A stretch of DNA of 64,000 bases from Thermoproteota archaeon (GCA_027491915.1 JAOZGC010000002.1:1-64000), one strand, 5' to 3'. Numbered from the stretch's first letter, positions 18,674 through 27,745 are shown. Numbers and translations are program-made. The notes: generated by a model from the sequence alone, not told the origin.

Positions 18674-20308
18674 TCAACTTCTGCCACCGGCTGCTGGAAG
18701 CCTCTTTATGACCCTGTCGTACTTGGACCCGTGGGCTCTGAGGTGGGCCCTGTAACGCTCGACCTCCAGGGTTCCGCCCAGGTTCCCCTCGCTGTCACGC
18801 CAGAACCTGAAGCCCATCACCCTGAGCTGGATCCTATTCTTCCTCGACCTCAGCATCTGCTCGACCTTGCTCGGGGCTATCGCCATCTGGGCTCGGGGTC
18901 CCCAGACCTGTCTGGCCCAGGCGGCGGGCTGAGAGATCGAGAAGCTGAAGACCTCACGCCCGTCGAGCGGGGCCCTGAGCTTGAAGATCTCAACGAATAA
19001 CGCGAGTTTTTGGGGGATGCGGTCGAGTATCATGGTCTCGGGAGGCGGCAGCTCTATCTCAAGCTGGTCCAGCTCGTCGAAGTTTTCCCCCTGTAGGAGC
19101 CGAGCCCTGGCCAGCCAGTACCTGTACCTCCTCCTGGCCTCCTCGAACTCCTCCTTGAGCTTCCTCCTGGGGACCAACTCAGCGTACAGCTTGCTGAGTC
19201 CGGCGGCATCTTCTGAACTCTTAGGTTCCGGCATCCTGAGACTCATGGGGGGAGGAAACGTCACGAGTTCGGCGTGCCCGCTCTTGGCGATGAAGATCCA
19301 CTTGCCGGGGATCATCCTGCGCATCGGAACCACCGTGTGGATGACGGCCTTGGAGATCGGGAAATACTTGGCCAGCTCCTTCCTCTGCCTCTCCTCCTTC
19401 AGGTTCATGGGGTGGATGAAGACCGCCTGAGTGTTATCGAGGAGAGTTTTGGGGACGCTCTGGACGTTCTGAACCTCGTAGAAGACCCTGGTAAGGGCTG
19501 TCCTGGTCTGTCTGAGCAGGGTCACGAAGTTCTCGATCCTCTCCCTCAGGTGCCAGGTGGAGCCCATCGCCCCGACCCTGGGGGCCACCTCCCTCAGCTC
19601 GCGGAAGTGCACGATCATCCTGGCGTCCTCTATAGCCTGAACCAGGTGCCCCATGAGGTTGTCCAGCACGACGTTGAGGGCGAACCTCCCCAGGTCCCGC
19701 ACGGAGGGCTTGAAGTACGCGCCGCTCAGCACCGTGAAGTCGCGCCTCTGGACGATCTCGACGAGCCTCTCGGGCTCGAGGGGCGATTCGTCTGCCAAGA
19801 ACCCAGAAGTGAGGAGGGCCAAGAGCCTGGGGCTCACCTTCTCCCCCCTCTTCCTGAGCAAGGCCTCGATTATGGCGTCGAGCTCCGCGTCCGGCCCGCC
19901 GGCCGAGTAATAGGCGTCGAACAGGTCCCTGGTCTCCGAGGGGCTCAGGAAACCCCCAAGGCTCCTAAAGTGCCCGAAGCTGAGCATCTTAATGCTCAGG
20001 GAGGCCAACCTGAACCTCGTGGGCACCGCATCCATGGCCAGGGGGAAGTTGAAGGTCAGGTACTCGGTATCCCATCCCCTCGGCTCCAGGCCCCTGGCCC
20101 TGAGGGAGAGGGCCTGGACCCCCCTCGCCGGGAGGTGAAGGGTCTCGTCCTCTCCCTTCACGTCGATCACGAGGGGGTGCCAGCCCCTCAGTGCCAGGAG
20201 CTCGAGGACTAGCTGAGCCGTCCACGTCTTGCTTGCGCCCCTTATCCCTATGAAGCCGATGCAGGACGTCTCCCGCGCCAGGATCTGCTGGAGGTACTCC
20301 TCGCTCAA
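18674..20308 (-). CDS. HerA/VirB4/FtsK-superfamily ATPase
   Basis: GIRGASKT (Walker A variant), LVIDVKGE, HFRELRE, LLRQTR, VQNVQSVPKTLLDN. Confidence 0.7.
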   Translation of the reverse strand: MSEEYLQQILARETSCIGFIGIRGASKTWTAQLVLELLALRGWHPLVIDVKGEDETLHLPARGVQALSLRARGLEPRGWDTEYLTFNFPLAMDAVPTRFRLASLSIKMLSFGHFRSLGGFLSPSETRDLFDAYYSAGGPDAELDAIIEALLRKRGEKVSPRLLALLTSGFLADESPLEPERLVEIVQRRDFTVLSGAYFKPSVRDLGRFALNVVLDNLMGHLVQAIEDARMIVHFRELREVAPRVGAMGSTWHLRERIENFVTLLRQTRTALTRVFYEVQNVQSVPKTLLDNTQAVFIHPMNLKEERQRKELAKYFPISKAVIHTVVPMRRMIPGKWIFIAKSGHAELVTFPPPMSLRMPEPKSSEDAAGLSKLYAELVPRRKLKEEFEEARRRYRYWLARARLLQGENFDELDQLEIELPPPETMILDRIPQKLALFVEIFKLRAPLDGREVFSFSISQPAAWARQVWGPRAQMAIAPSKVEQMLRSRKNRIQLRVMGFRFWRDSEGNLGGTLEVERYRAHLRAHGSKYDRVIKRLPAAGGRS

Positions 20309-21414
20309 TCGGTCTCCCTCCTTCTTCCCCCCTTGAGCAGGGCCTCCTCTATCTTACTCTTGGGGAGGCCCCTCTCGGTCACGATCGAGAAGGCCCTGTT
20401 GAGCACCTCTGGGTACTTGCTGGCTATCTGGCCGATGGTGTAGTTGGCGAAATCTATCATGGTCTGGACGAGGGCCCCGATCGGGAGGTCACCCTCGTTC
20501 ACGTGACCCACGCCTCTTTTGGATCTATTGGCGGCGATCCAGGCCCTGTACACCTCTTCGGGATTGTAGACCCTTATGGTCTTCTTCTCCACCTTCCAGG
20601 TAAGGAAAGGCTTCTTTCTCGTGTGATCCCCCACCTCTATCCCCGCGGCCCTGGCGAGGGGCAGGACGTTCGAGACGAAGGCGGTTATCTTATGCTCTAT
20701 CTCATAGAAGGCGAAGTATTGGGCCAGGACCTTGGCCAAGGCGTCAGCGATCTCCCTCCGGAGACTTTGATTTTCCTCGACGGATCCGACCGGGGTGACG
20801 TACTGAAACACGTCGACAGCTTTCTCTGGCATTATGTGAAGCTCCCGGCCGTCCAGAACCACTACCTTCCCGTCGAACTCGCCCCCCCTGATCTTCAGAA
20901 ACTGAAATACGCTCCCCTCCAGCCTCCCCTCGTAGAGGGTCCAACCGCGATTCCTGATCAACTCCCAGATGACGGCTGCCGCTTCCTTGGGAAGTTCCAT
21001 CGAGATCCCCCCCGTCTCATCATCCCTCCTCACTCGGTACTGGTTCCTCATTCTCTTGTTCTCGGCCCTGAGCCGCTCGATCTCTGCCTTGAGGCCCTCA
21101 ATCTTGCTGGACAATTCTCTGAACTTGGCCAACAGGGAGGAGGCCTCATTCTTGGTGAATTCGACGGAGAACCAATCAAAATATGTGCGGTGGAGCCTTT
21201 TCCTCACCTTGTCCAAGGCCCTCTGGGCCGCCGACGAGTCGACCTTCACCGACGAGTCGACCTTCAGGGGGACCAGGCTCTCCGTGGCCTCCCCCGCCTC
21301 TGCGGGGGTTTTTCGATCGTTTACGGGGGTATCGAGAGGACAGGCCCACCGAGATCTCCCCGCCAGACGTGAACGGTTTTCAGATCGGTGTGTGCGGGTT
21401 TCCGCCCGAGACAT
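20305..21414 (-). CDS. Element hypothetical protein with a coiled-coil segment
   Basis: ATG overlaps the recombinase stop (TGATG); heptads LSSKIEGLKAEIERLRAEN. Confidence 0.7.
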   Translation of the reverse strand: MSRAETRTHRSENRSRLAGRSRWACPLDTPVNDRKTPAEAGEATESLVPLKVDSSVKVDSSAAQRALDKVRKRLHRTYFDWFSVEFTKNEASSLLAKFRELSSKIEGLKAEIERLRAENKRMRNQYRVRRDDETGGISMELPKEAAAVIWELIRNRGWTLYEGRLEGSVFQFLKIRGGEFDGKVVVLDGRELHIMPEKAVDVFQYVTPVGSVEENQSLRREIADALAKVLAQYFAFYEIEHKITAFVSNVLPLARAAGIEVGDHTRKKPFLTWKVEKKTIRVYNPEEVYRAWIAANRSKRGVGHVNEGDLPIGALVQTMIDFANYTIGQIASKYPEVLNRAFSIVTERGLPKSKIEEALLKGGRRRETD

Positions 21415-21983
21415 CAACCGCCCACCCCCCTCAGAACCTCCAGGGCCTTGGCCTTCTGCGTATACCGGAGGAGGTGGCTCAGGTCGCTGTGTCCAAGGAT
21501 CTTTGCTATCAGTTGGGCGCTCACACCCCTCTCCGCCAGGCGGGTGACGAAGGCGTACCTCATGCTGTGCGTGTTCACTCCGAGGTGGTACCTGGCGAAG
21601 GCCTTGACCCGGTGCCGGTTCAACCCGCCCACCACGGGGGAGACCAACCTGAGGTCCTCCCGGGTCACGGACCTGGGGAGGACGACCGTCCTGGTCTGCG
21701 GGACGCGCTTCTTCTCGATCCGGACCTCCACCTCCCTCTCCCCCGTCTCGCAGAACCTCCTCAGGGCCTCGATGGCCTCCCCAACCCGGCACCCGTTCCT
21801 CAGCTGAATCAGGAGGACCAGGATGTCGGCGAGCCTCCCGATCCTCCTGCGTCCTCCCCTCCTGGCCGACTCCCTGGCCTCCCTGAGCATCCTGGTGAGC
21901 CTCCTCATCATCCCCTCGTAGTCGACCCCGCGGTCCCAGGTTCCAGGGACCCCGCGCCTCCGACCTGACGGTCTGGCCGTCAC
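21414..21983 (-). CDS. Small tyrosine recombinase (catalytic domain only)
   Basis: IQLRNGCRVGEA (R), EKKR (K), THSMRY (HxxR), ILGH, LLRYTQ (Y). Confidence 0.88.
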   Translation of the reverse strand: MTARPSGRRRGVPGTWDRGVDYEGMMRRLTRMLREARESARRGGRRRIGRLADILVLLIQLRNGCRVGEAIEALRRFCETGEREVEVRIEKKRVPQTRTVVLPRSVTREDLRLVSPVVGGLNRHRVKAFARYHLGVNTHSMRYAFVTRLAERGVSAQLIAKILGHSDLSHLLRYTQKAKALEVLRGVGG

Positions 21984-22087
21984 GCCACCTCACCTCCCCT
22001 TACTCTCGCCCCGATCGGATCCGGGGAGTCCTCCTGCGGTCTGCCTTCCCCTTAGGTCGATAAGGGGAGCGGAGGGTGCCCCGGTCC

Positions 22088-22411
22088 TCATCCGGACACC
22101 TCCCTCTTCTTCCTCTTCCCGGGAGGTCTGAGGACCTCGAAGTCGACTATCGCGGTCTTGACCAGCGCGATGCCCTCGCTCCTCCTCTTCCGCCCGCCCT
22201 GGAGGGTCCTCCCGTAGGTGAGAACGAGGTAACGTTCGTCTGAGGTGTTCAAGAAGCCGATGTACTCCAGCAGGATGGGTCTCTCGAGCTCCTCCTTCGG
22301 GTCTACAGAATCCTCGAAGGAGAAGTGGTCGAGGACGACCACCCTGACCAGCGCGCCCTCGGGCGCGTTCTCCCAGGGTGGCCTCTTTTCCCTCCTCTCC
22401 GACGCAGTCAA
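22088..22411 (-). CDS. Element hypothetical protein
   Basis: Co-oriented, coupled ORF; beta-rich. Confidence 0.6.
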   Translation of the reverse strand: MTASERREKRPPWENAPEGALVRVVVLDHFSFEDSVDPKEELERPILLEYIGFLNTSDERYLVLTYGRTLQGGRKRRSEGIALVKTAIVDFEVLRPPGKRKKREVSG

Positions 22412-22788
22412 GATCGGACACCTCCCTCTCCCCCCGGCCGGCCGTCTGCCGCCGACCCGACCCGAGCGAGGAGGATCTCCCCGCCCAACCGGGCGGCCAA
22501 GTCGGCCAGGCCGCCCACGTGCGGCGGATCCAAGAGCCTCCTCTTGCCCAGTCCCAGCACGACGGGGGGTCCCCCGGACCTGAGCCTGACCCTGGCGTAG
22601 AATCCATCCCTCCAGAACAGCTCGACGATCGACTCGAGGGTGACCCGCTCCAGCAGGAGCCGGGAGCCCCTCGGCAGCTCGGTCAGCACCCGAACCAAGC
22701 CCTCCCTCCGTCTCCGCATCCCATCACCCCACGTAGTCCAACTCACCCCCATCTCTCCCCCCTCCCCTCCCTCCCGCCAGATCGTCAA
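22408..22788 (-). CDS. Element hypothetical protein (start uncertain)
   Basis: Co-oriented ORF overlapping its neighbours. Confidence 0.5.
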   Translation of the reverse strand: MTIWREGGEGGEMGVSWTTWGDGMRRRREGLVRVLTELPRGSRLLLERVTLESIVELFWRDGFYARVRLRSGGPPVVLGLGKRRLLDPPHVGGLADLAARLGGEILLARVGSAADGRPGGEGGVRS

Positions 22789-23419
22789 CGAACCTCTCGA
22801 TCAGCTCTGGGGTCTCCCTCCTCCTGCTCTCGAGGAACCGCCCCACCCTCTCGGAGTAATCTCTCAGCCAGGAAGCCCTCGGGAACGCCCTCACGAGCTC
22901 CCCATAGGATCGGAGGTGCATGCCCGCCAGCACCTCGTCCGGGACGGAACTGAAGAGCCTCAGCAGGGTCGAGATCCTCCTGAGGTGGACCGCGGACTCT
23001 TCCCCGACCCGGAGGTCGATCACCACGACCTCCCTCCCATCGGAGAGTCCCAGCTTCCCACCCTCGAGGATCTCCGAGACGAAGTCGAATAGCGGGGGGA
23101 GGAAGAGGTAGGCCCGCCTCAGGGGTTTCTCCCTCCCCCGGACGACCCTGACGTTCAGGATCGCCAGGGTCGGGAGCACCACCTCGAGCCTGAGCTCCAA
23201 CTCACGGGGGTTCGGGAGGTCCCTGACCCTCAGCCTCCTGTCGACGATCACCGGGAGGGTCGGGCTCGGGGGGGATCCCCAACCCTCCTCTCCCCTGATT
23301 TCGAAGAACCCAGCATCCCCCGGTCCGACGATGAAGATGCTCTTCCCCCCCAAGAGGCGCCTGAGGTGCCTCGTGAGGTCGGAGGTGGGGAGGAGCTCGA
23401 AGGTTCGGACGGAGCTCAC
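22724..23419 (-). CDS. Element hypothetical protein
   Basis: GTGA-coupled to the 724-aa gene. Confidence 0.65.
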   Translation of the reverse strand: MSSVRTFELLPTSDLTRHLRRLLGGKSIFIVGPGDAGFFEIRGEEGWGSPPSPTLPVIVDRRLRVRDLPNPRELELRLEVVLPTLAILNVRVVRGREKPLRRAYLFLPPLFDFVSEILEGGKLGLSDGREVVVIDLRVGEESAVHLRRISTLLRLFSSVPDEVLAGMHLRSYGELVRAFPRASWLRDYSERVGRFLESRRRETPELIERFVDDLAGGRGGGRDGGELDYVG

Positions 23420-25590
23420 GGATTGACACCTCCCACCTCTCCCCCCGGGAGGAGGGGCTCGGCCTTCCCGGTCTGGATCAGAACGCGGGCCACCTCCCTG
23501 GGGAGCCGGACGACCCTCCCGGGGGAGAAGGGGCCGGCGGTCCTCAAGCTTCCGTCCTCCCCCACCCCAACGACGAAGGACTCGACCTCCTCCAAGATGC
23601 GGACCACGACCCTCCCGTCGTCCACGTACTCCACCAGGACCCTGGTAGTCGACTCTCTCTCCCCACAGAGTTCGCAGACCCCGCCGGAAACCGACTCCCT
23701 CTTAAGGATGACTGCGCCGGGGTGGCCCGAGAGGTCACCCAGGCAGGACGGGCAGACGTCGATCCACTCCCGGGTCCGGGCGGCCGGCGCCTCCGGGGGT
23801 TCGGGTTGAGGGGAGGGACGAGAAGGTGGAGGGGTGGCTTTCAACTCTGAGTCAGCGAAACCCGCTCTTCTCTCTCCTTTTCGCGAGAAAAACCGGCAAT
23901 TATCGGGTGCCGATAATTTTGGCGCCTCTGCTATGGCAGATCGCTCTGGGAATCCAGAGAAAAATTGGCGGACGAATTCGGAATTCTCAATATTCCGGTG
24001 ATCGTTGATCCCGACCACCACCCGCATCCGCGGGTGATACCTCCTGAGCCTCCCCAGAGCCTCATCGAGCGAGAACTCCTCGAGGATCTCCGACGCCGAC
24101 AAACGCCTCCTTCTCCCGCCGATCTGATCCGGCAGCCAGATGTGGATGAGAGCCCGCCGTCGGTCCTCCGGGTCCTCCCTCCTGTCGACGTAGCCCGCCG
24201 CGAGCAGGGGTCGAATGTATCGCTTCCGGATCCGGTCGGAGGAGATCCTCTCCCCGCGGACCTCGAAGTACCGGTCCCCGATCTCGTCGTAGCCGACATC
24301 CTCCTGTCCTTCCTCGGCGAGAGGTTTTAAGATGTCCCAGTAAAACCGGAGGACGTCCTCCGCAACCCCCGCGAAGGTGGACTCGTAGACCCTCTGAAAG
24401 AGTTCCACCGCGTCGACGTAGTCCTGAAACGTTGCTAGGATGGAGCTGGCCCCGTCTCCCTCCATCACAACGGGCCTCTGGTTAGCCCTCAGGGCGGCAA
24501 AAATTTTAACCAAAATCAGAAGTTTCCCCAGGTCCCGCATGTCACGCGGGAACCTCATTCCGTAGGCCTTGGCGACGATTGGACCGAACAGGACCCTCAC
24601 CCTGAGCCCTTTCTCGAACTCGTCTCGGAGCCACCCGACATATCGTCTGATCGTGTCGCGGAGGAGTCTCAGCTCCGGATTGTCGAATTCCTCGGGGTAC
24701 CCGGCCTCCAGCCCTATTTTCTCCCCCGCGGCCTGGTACTTATGCCCCCCCATCTTAGGGGTCAGTGTGAGCGTCCTCGTCTCTAGGTAGTTGAGGGGCT
24801 GCTCGGAGCAGAAGATCGCGACGGGCCAGCCCCTCAGGACCACGGTCTGGGTTCGGAGGGACCCCCCCCTCGGCCTATCCGCGAACTTCCAGACGATCTC
24901 GCGTCGATCGTGGCTGAGCAGGGGCTTGAGCCGGTTGAAGGTCTCCAGGTGTGGGGGCTCGAGGAAGAGAAGCACCTTCCCATCGAGGTCGACGACCGTC
25001 CTAAGCCCAGCGACGACCTCGTAGTACGCTTCTTTACTCCTCCTCCTCAACTCCCGCAGGAGGGCGGGATCGACCGGCTGGCCCGAGCTGTCCTCCAGCC
25101 TCCCGCGCTCGTGGACGAGCGCAGTGGGGCTCATCCCCCCGAGCCACCAGACATCCTCCTCGGGGAGGAGGGAGAGGGCCATGATCGCAGTGTAGGTCTT
25201 CCCGACGGACTTCGGGCCCAGGAGGGCCAAGTTCAGGGGGTCGACGTAGGCCGACAGGCCCGCGAGGAACACCGCTAACCCCGTGACCTCATCCTCCCGC
25301 ACGTAGTGACCCAAATAGGCGAGGATGACTGGGAGGGGATCTGGCATGAGGGCTAGGCTGGTTTTCCGCGAGACCTCGGACCTCAGCCACCCGTGCCAGT
25401 CGACCGCGGGCACCCCGAGCGCCTCCTCGACGTCCCGAGGGTCCACCTGTTCGAGGAGGAGGTAGGGTCCGATTTCTCTATCCTCCTTAGCACCCGAGCG
25501 CCTGAGCCAGAACGCCGCCGTAGGGCCGTCCCGCCAGAGCACCTCGATCCGCCCGTCACAGGCGACCGCGACGACCCGCTCAGCCTCCAT
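23416..25590 (-). CDS. Element replication protein: P-loop (AAA+/helicase-like) domain, wHTH, Cys4 motif and C-terminal GINS B-like domain
   Basis: LLGPKSVGKT Walker A, LLFLE, LETR, wHTH (YIRPLLAAGYV...DPEDRRR), CPSC..CELC, VRILEEV..GPFSPGRVVRLPREVARVLIQTGKAE. Confidence 0.75.
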   Translation of the reverse strand: MEAERVVAVACDGRIEVLWRDGPTAAFWLRRSGAKEDREIGPYLLLEQVDPRDVEEALGVPAVDWHGWLRSEVSRKTSLALMPDPLPVILAYLGHYVREDEVTGLAVFLAGLSAYVDPLNLALLGPKSVGKTYTAIMALSLLPEEDVWWLGGMSPTALVHERGRLEDSSGQPVDPALLRELRRRSKEAYYEVVAGLRTVVDLDGKVLLFLEPPHLETFNRLKPLLSHDRREIVWKFADRPRGGSLRTQTVVLRGWPVAIFCSEQPLNYLETRTLTLTPKMGGHKYQAAGEKIGLEAGYPEEFDNPELRLLRDTIRRYVGWLRDEFEKGLRVRVLFGPIVAKAYGMRFPRDMRDLGKLLILVKIFAALRANQRPVVMEGDGASSILATFQDYVDAVELFQRVYESTFAGVAEDVLRFYWDILKPLAEEGQEDVGYDEIGDRYFEVRGERISSDRIRKRYIRPLLAAGYVDRREDPEDRRRALIHIWLPDQIGGRRRRLSASEILEEFSLDEALGRLRRYHPRMRVVVGINDHRNIENSEFVRQFFSGFPERSAIAEAPKLSAPDNCRFFSRKGERRAGFADSELKATPPPSRPSPQPEPPEAPAARTREWIDVCPSCLGDLSGHPGAVILKRESVSGGVCELCGERESTTRVLVEYVDDGRVVVRILEEVESFVVGVGEDGSLRTAGPFSPGRVVRLPREVARVLIQTGKAEPLLPGGEVGGVNP
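23853..23971 (-). repeat. 119-bp inverted repeat, copy 2 (inside the replication gene)
   Basis: Exact reverse complement of 17247-17365. Confidence 0.95.
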
Positions 25591-25708
25591 CGCCGCCCAC
25601 CTCCCTCGCCCTCTCGACCTTGGCCAACTCCGCCCTCCGCTCCGCCTCCTCGAGAATTTCCAAGAGCTTCCTCTCCACCGGCGAGAGGAAGGACCCCAGA
25701 ACCGTCAT
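25580..25708 (-). CDS. Small element protein
   Basis: ATG with GGAGG upstream; overlaps the start of the rep gene. Confidence 0.45.
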   Translation of the reverse strand: MTVLGSFLSPVERKLLEILEEAERRAELAKVERAREVGGDGG

Positions 25709-25855
25709 CCCTCCCTTATTTTCTGTTAAACCCTCAAACGTCAAGCCAAACGTTGGTTCAAGTTTAATTACACCCGGGCGGGAACCGGGCCTGGCCGCGG
25801 GGAGGACCCGGTCGGACTTGCGACCCACACGCGCGCGAGAGCCGCCCATCCATTC

Positions 25856-26038
25856 TCACCCCTCACCCGCGGCCTTTATCCCGACCCTCTCCAACTCCCT
25901 CCTGACGAGGTCTCGGATCAGCTCCGACCTCGTTGTGTAGCCTAGTTTTTTGATCAATCTCCATGTCGCGGCATCTAAGTCGTACGGAACCCGCACGAAC
26001 CAAATAATAGACCTCCCACCAGCCTGAGGCCTTCCCAT
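25856..26038 (-). CDS. Ribbon-helix-helix (CopG-like) regulator
   Basis: WFVRVP..LD...LGYTTRSELIRDLVRR. Confidence 0.8.
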   Translation of the reverse strand: MGRPQAGGRSIIWFVRVPYDLDAATWRLIKKLGYTTRSELIRDLVRRELERVGIKAAGEG

Positions 26039-26105
26039 ATCTCCCTTTCTCCCGGGGGGATCGCACCCCGCGTGGGCGGCGTCAAGCGATCCGCCCTGAA
26101 ACTAG

Positions 26106-26459
26106 CTAGCCTCTCCTTATATTCTCTTCATATTTTCCCATGCTTATAATCATTATATTCGAAAAGTGGCCTCCAATGGTCATTTGTGGACATACGCCTC
26201 CCCTGAGGGTTCGGGAGATGTCGCCATTAGGATTGAGCGCCTCCACCGCCTCCCCCACCCTCATGGCGTTCCTCAGCTGGATCAGGAGGATCATCCTGTT
26301 CCTCAGGCCGGCGAGCTTCTTTCTCCCCCTGGTCTGCCTGGCCTCCTGGGCCAGGGCCCGGATGTCCCTCTCCAGGGCCCGGCGGGCGGCGTCGTAGTCG
26401 ACCCCCCGGGCCCAGGTCCCCCTCTTCGCCTCCCCCCCTAGGCGCGTTCCTCTTCGCAT
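26106..26459 (-). pseudogene. Truncated paralog of the small tyrosine recombinase (N-terminal part only)
   Basis: GTWARGVDY...LLIQLRNAMRVGEAVEAL matches 21414-21983 (GTWDRGVDY...LLIQLRNGCRVGEAIEAL); similarity ends near 26235. Confidence 0.75.
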
Positions 26460-26602
26460 AATCTCCAAAAACGTAGATGAACATCTCCCTTGGGCATCAT
26501 CTCCGTAGATCCGCCCCTCTCGGGGGAACCCCGGGCGCCCCGCATCCGAATGCTGAGCCCCGCCAGAGCCGACGCGCCGCCGCGGGGGGTGGGGGTAACC
26601 TC

Positions 26603-27745
26603 TCACTCCCTCCCGTTCTGACCCTTCTCCCTCAACACCTCTGCCAACGCCCTTATCAGGGGTTCCCTCACCCTCGGGTCGCTCAAGAGCCTCAGGATCA
26701 TCTCCTCGAACTCCCTCTTCTCCCTGGCCGCCTCCCTCCTGGCCCTCTCGGTCAGCGGGTAGCCGCACCTCAGGCAGAACTCGGCCTCCCTGGGGTTCAC
26801 GTATCCGCACTCCGGGCACGTCAGGGGCTTGAGGGCCTCCACCCTCCTCCTATCCTCCCTCTCGGGAACCTCCATCCCGTAGGCCTTGAGTATCGCCCTC
26901 TCGGCGTCCCTCCCCGAGAGGTGGACGTAGACCGAGGCCATCTTGGAGTCCGGGGTCCAGCCGGCGAAGACCTTCAGCTCCTGCTCCGTCAGCCTGGTGG
27001 CCAGGTGGGTCAGCCTGGTGTGCCTCAGGGTGTGGGGGTGCACCCTCCTCCCCAGGCCGGCCTTCCTGGCGGCGTACCTCACGACCGCGGCCACCCCCCC
27101 CTCGGACATCCCCTCCACCCGGCCGCCCCTCCCCACCCTGGCGAACAGCGGGGCGTCGGGGTTCCCCGGGTCCGGGTGCACCAGGAGCCACTCCCTCAGG
27201 TAGGGAGCCGAGTTGACCAGGGGGACCGTCCTCTCCCCGGTCTTCCCGGACACCCTGATCTTGTACCCGTACCCGGTGCGCTCCAGGTCCCTCATCCTGA
27301 GGGAGCACAGCTCCCCCACCCTCAGGGCCCCCTCGTACAGGACCGCTATCGCCGCCTTGGCCCTGGGGGAGCGGGCGGCCCTCACCAGGGCCTCCACCTC
27401 CTCCGGGGAGAGGACCTCGTCCCTCAGGTTCCTCCTCCTGGCCCTGGGGGAGGATTTCCACCAGGCCAGGGGGTTGTCCCCGGGCCTGAGCCAGGAGTAG
27501 AAGGCCTTCAGCCTGGTCAGGTAGGTGTCCACCGTCGCCCCGGAGAGGGACGAGGCCAGGGTGTCCCTGAACCTCCTCAGGTCCCCCTCCGTCGCCCCCA
27601 GCGGGTCGATCCCCTCCCCCGCCAGCCTCTCCAGGGCCAGGGTGTAGACGTCCCTGGAGTGGGGGTTGGTCAGCCCCCTCTCCGAGAAGAACCTCTCCAC
27701 GGCCTCCCTCAGCTCTGGGGGGAACCTGGCCAGCCTCCTGGCCAC
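26603..27745 (-). CDS. int: Tyrosine integrase with C-terminal zinc ribbon
   Basis: GALRVGEL, SGKTG, HPHTLRHTR, AGW, SVYVH, CPEC..CLRC; frame is open to 27832, GTG 27745 preferred. Confidence 0.95.
   Translation of the reverse strand: MARRLARFPPELREAVERFFSERGLTNPHSRDVYTLALERLAGEGIDPLGATEGDLRRFRDTLASSLSGATVDTYLTRLKAFYSWLRPGDNPLAWWKSSPRARRRNLRDEVLSPEEVEALVRAARSPRAKAAIAVLYEGALRVGELCSLRMRDLERTGYGYKIRVSGKTGERTVPLVNSAPYLREWLLVHPDPGNPDAPLFARVGRGGRVEGMSEGGVAAVVRYAARKAGLGRRVHPHTLRHTRLTHLATRLTEQELKVFAGWTPDSKMASVYVHLSGRDAERAILKAYGMEVPEREDRRRVEALKPLTCPECGYVNPREAEFCLRCGYPLTERARREAAREKREFEEMILRLLSDPRVREPLIRALAEVLREKGQNGRE

Noticed and set aside
21414-26459. Small recombinase plus fragment as an SSV1-type split integrase (intN/intC)
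   Set aside because: The fragment duplicates the N-terminus of an intact gene rather than complementing it, and neither lies at an att site
26545-26565. CTGAGCCCC, an inverted 9-bp match to the att core, or a second C/D RNA
   Set aside because: Too short for GC-rich DNA, and no properly spaced C, D' and C' boxes
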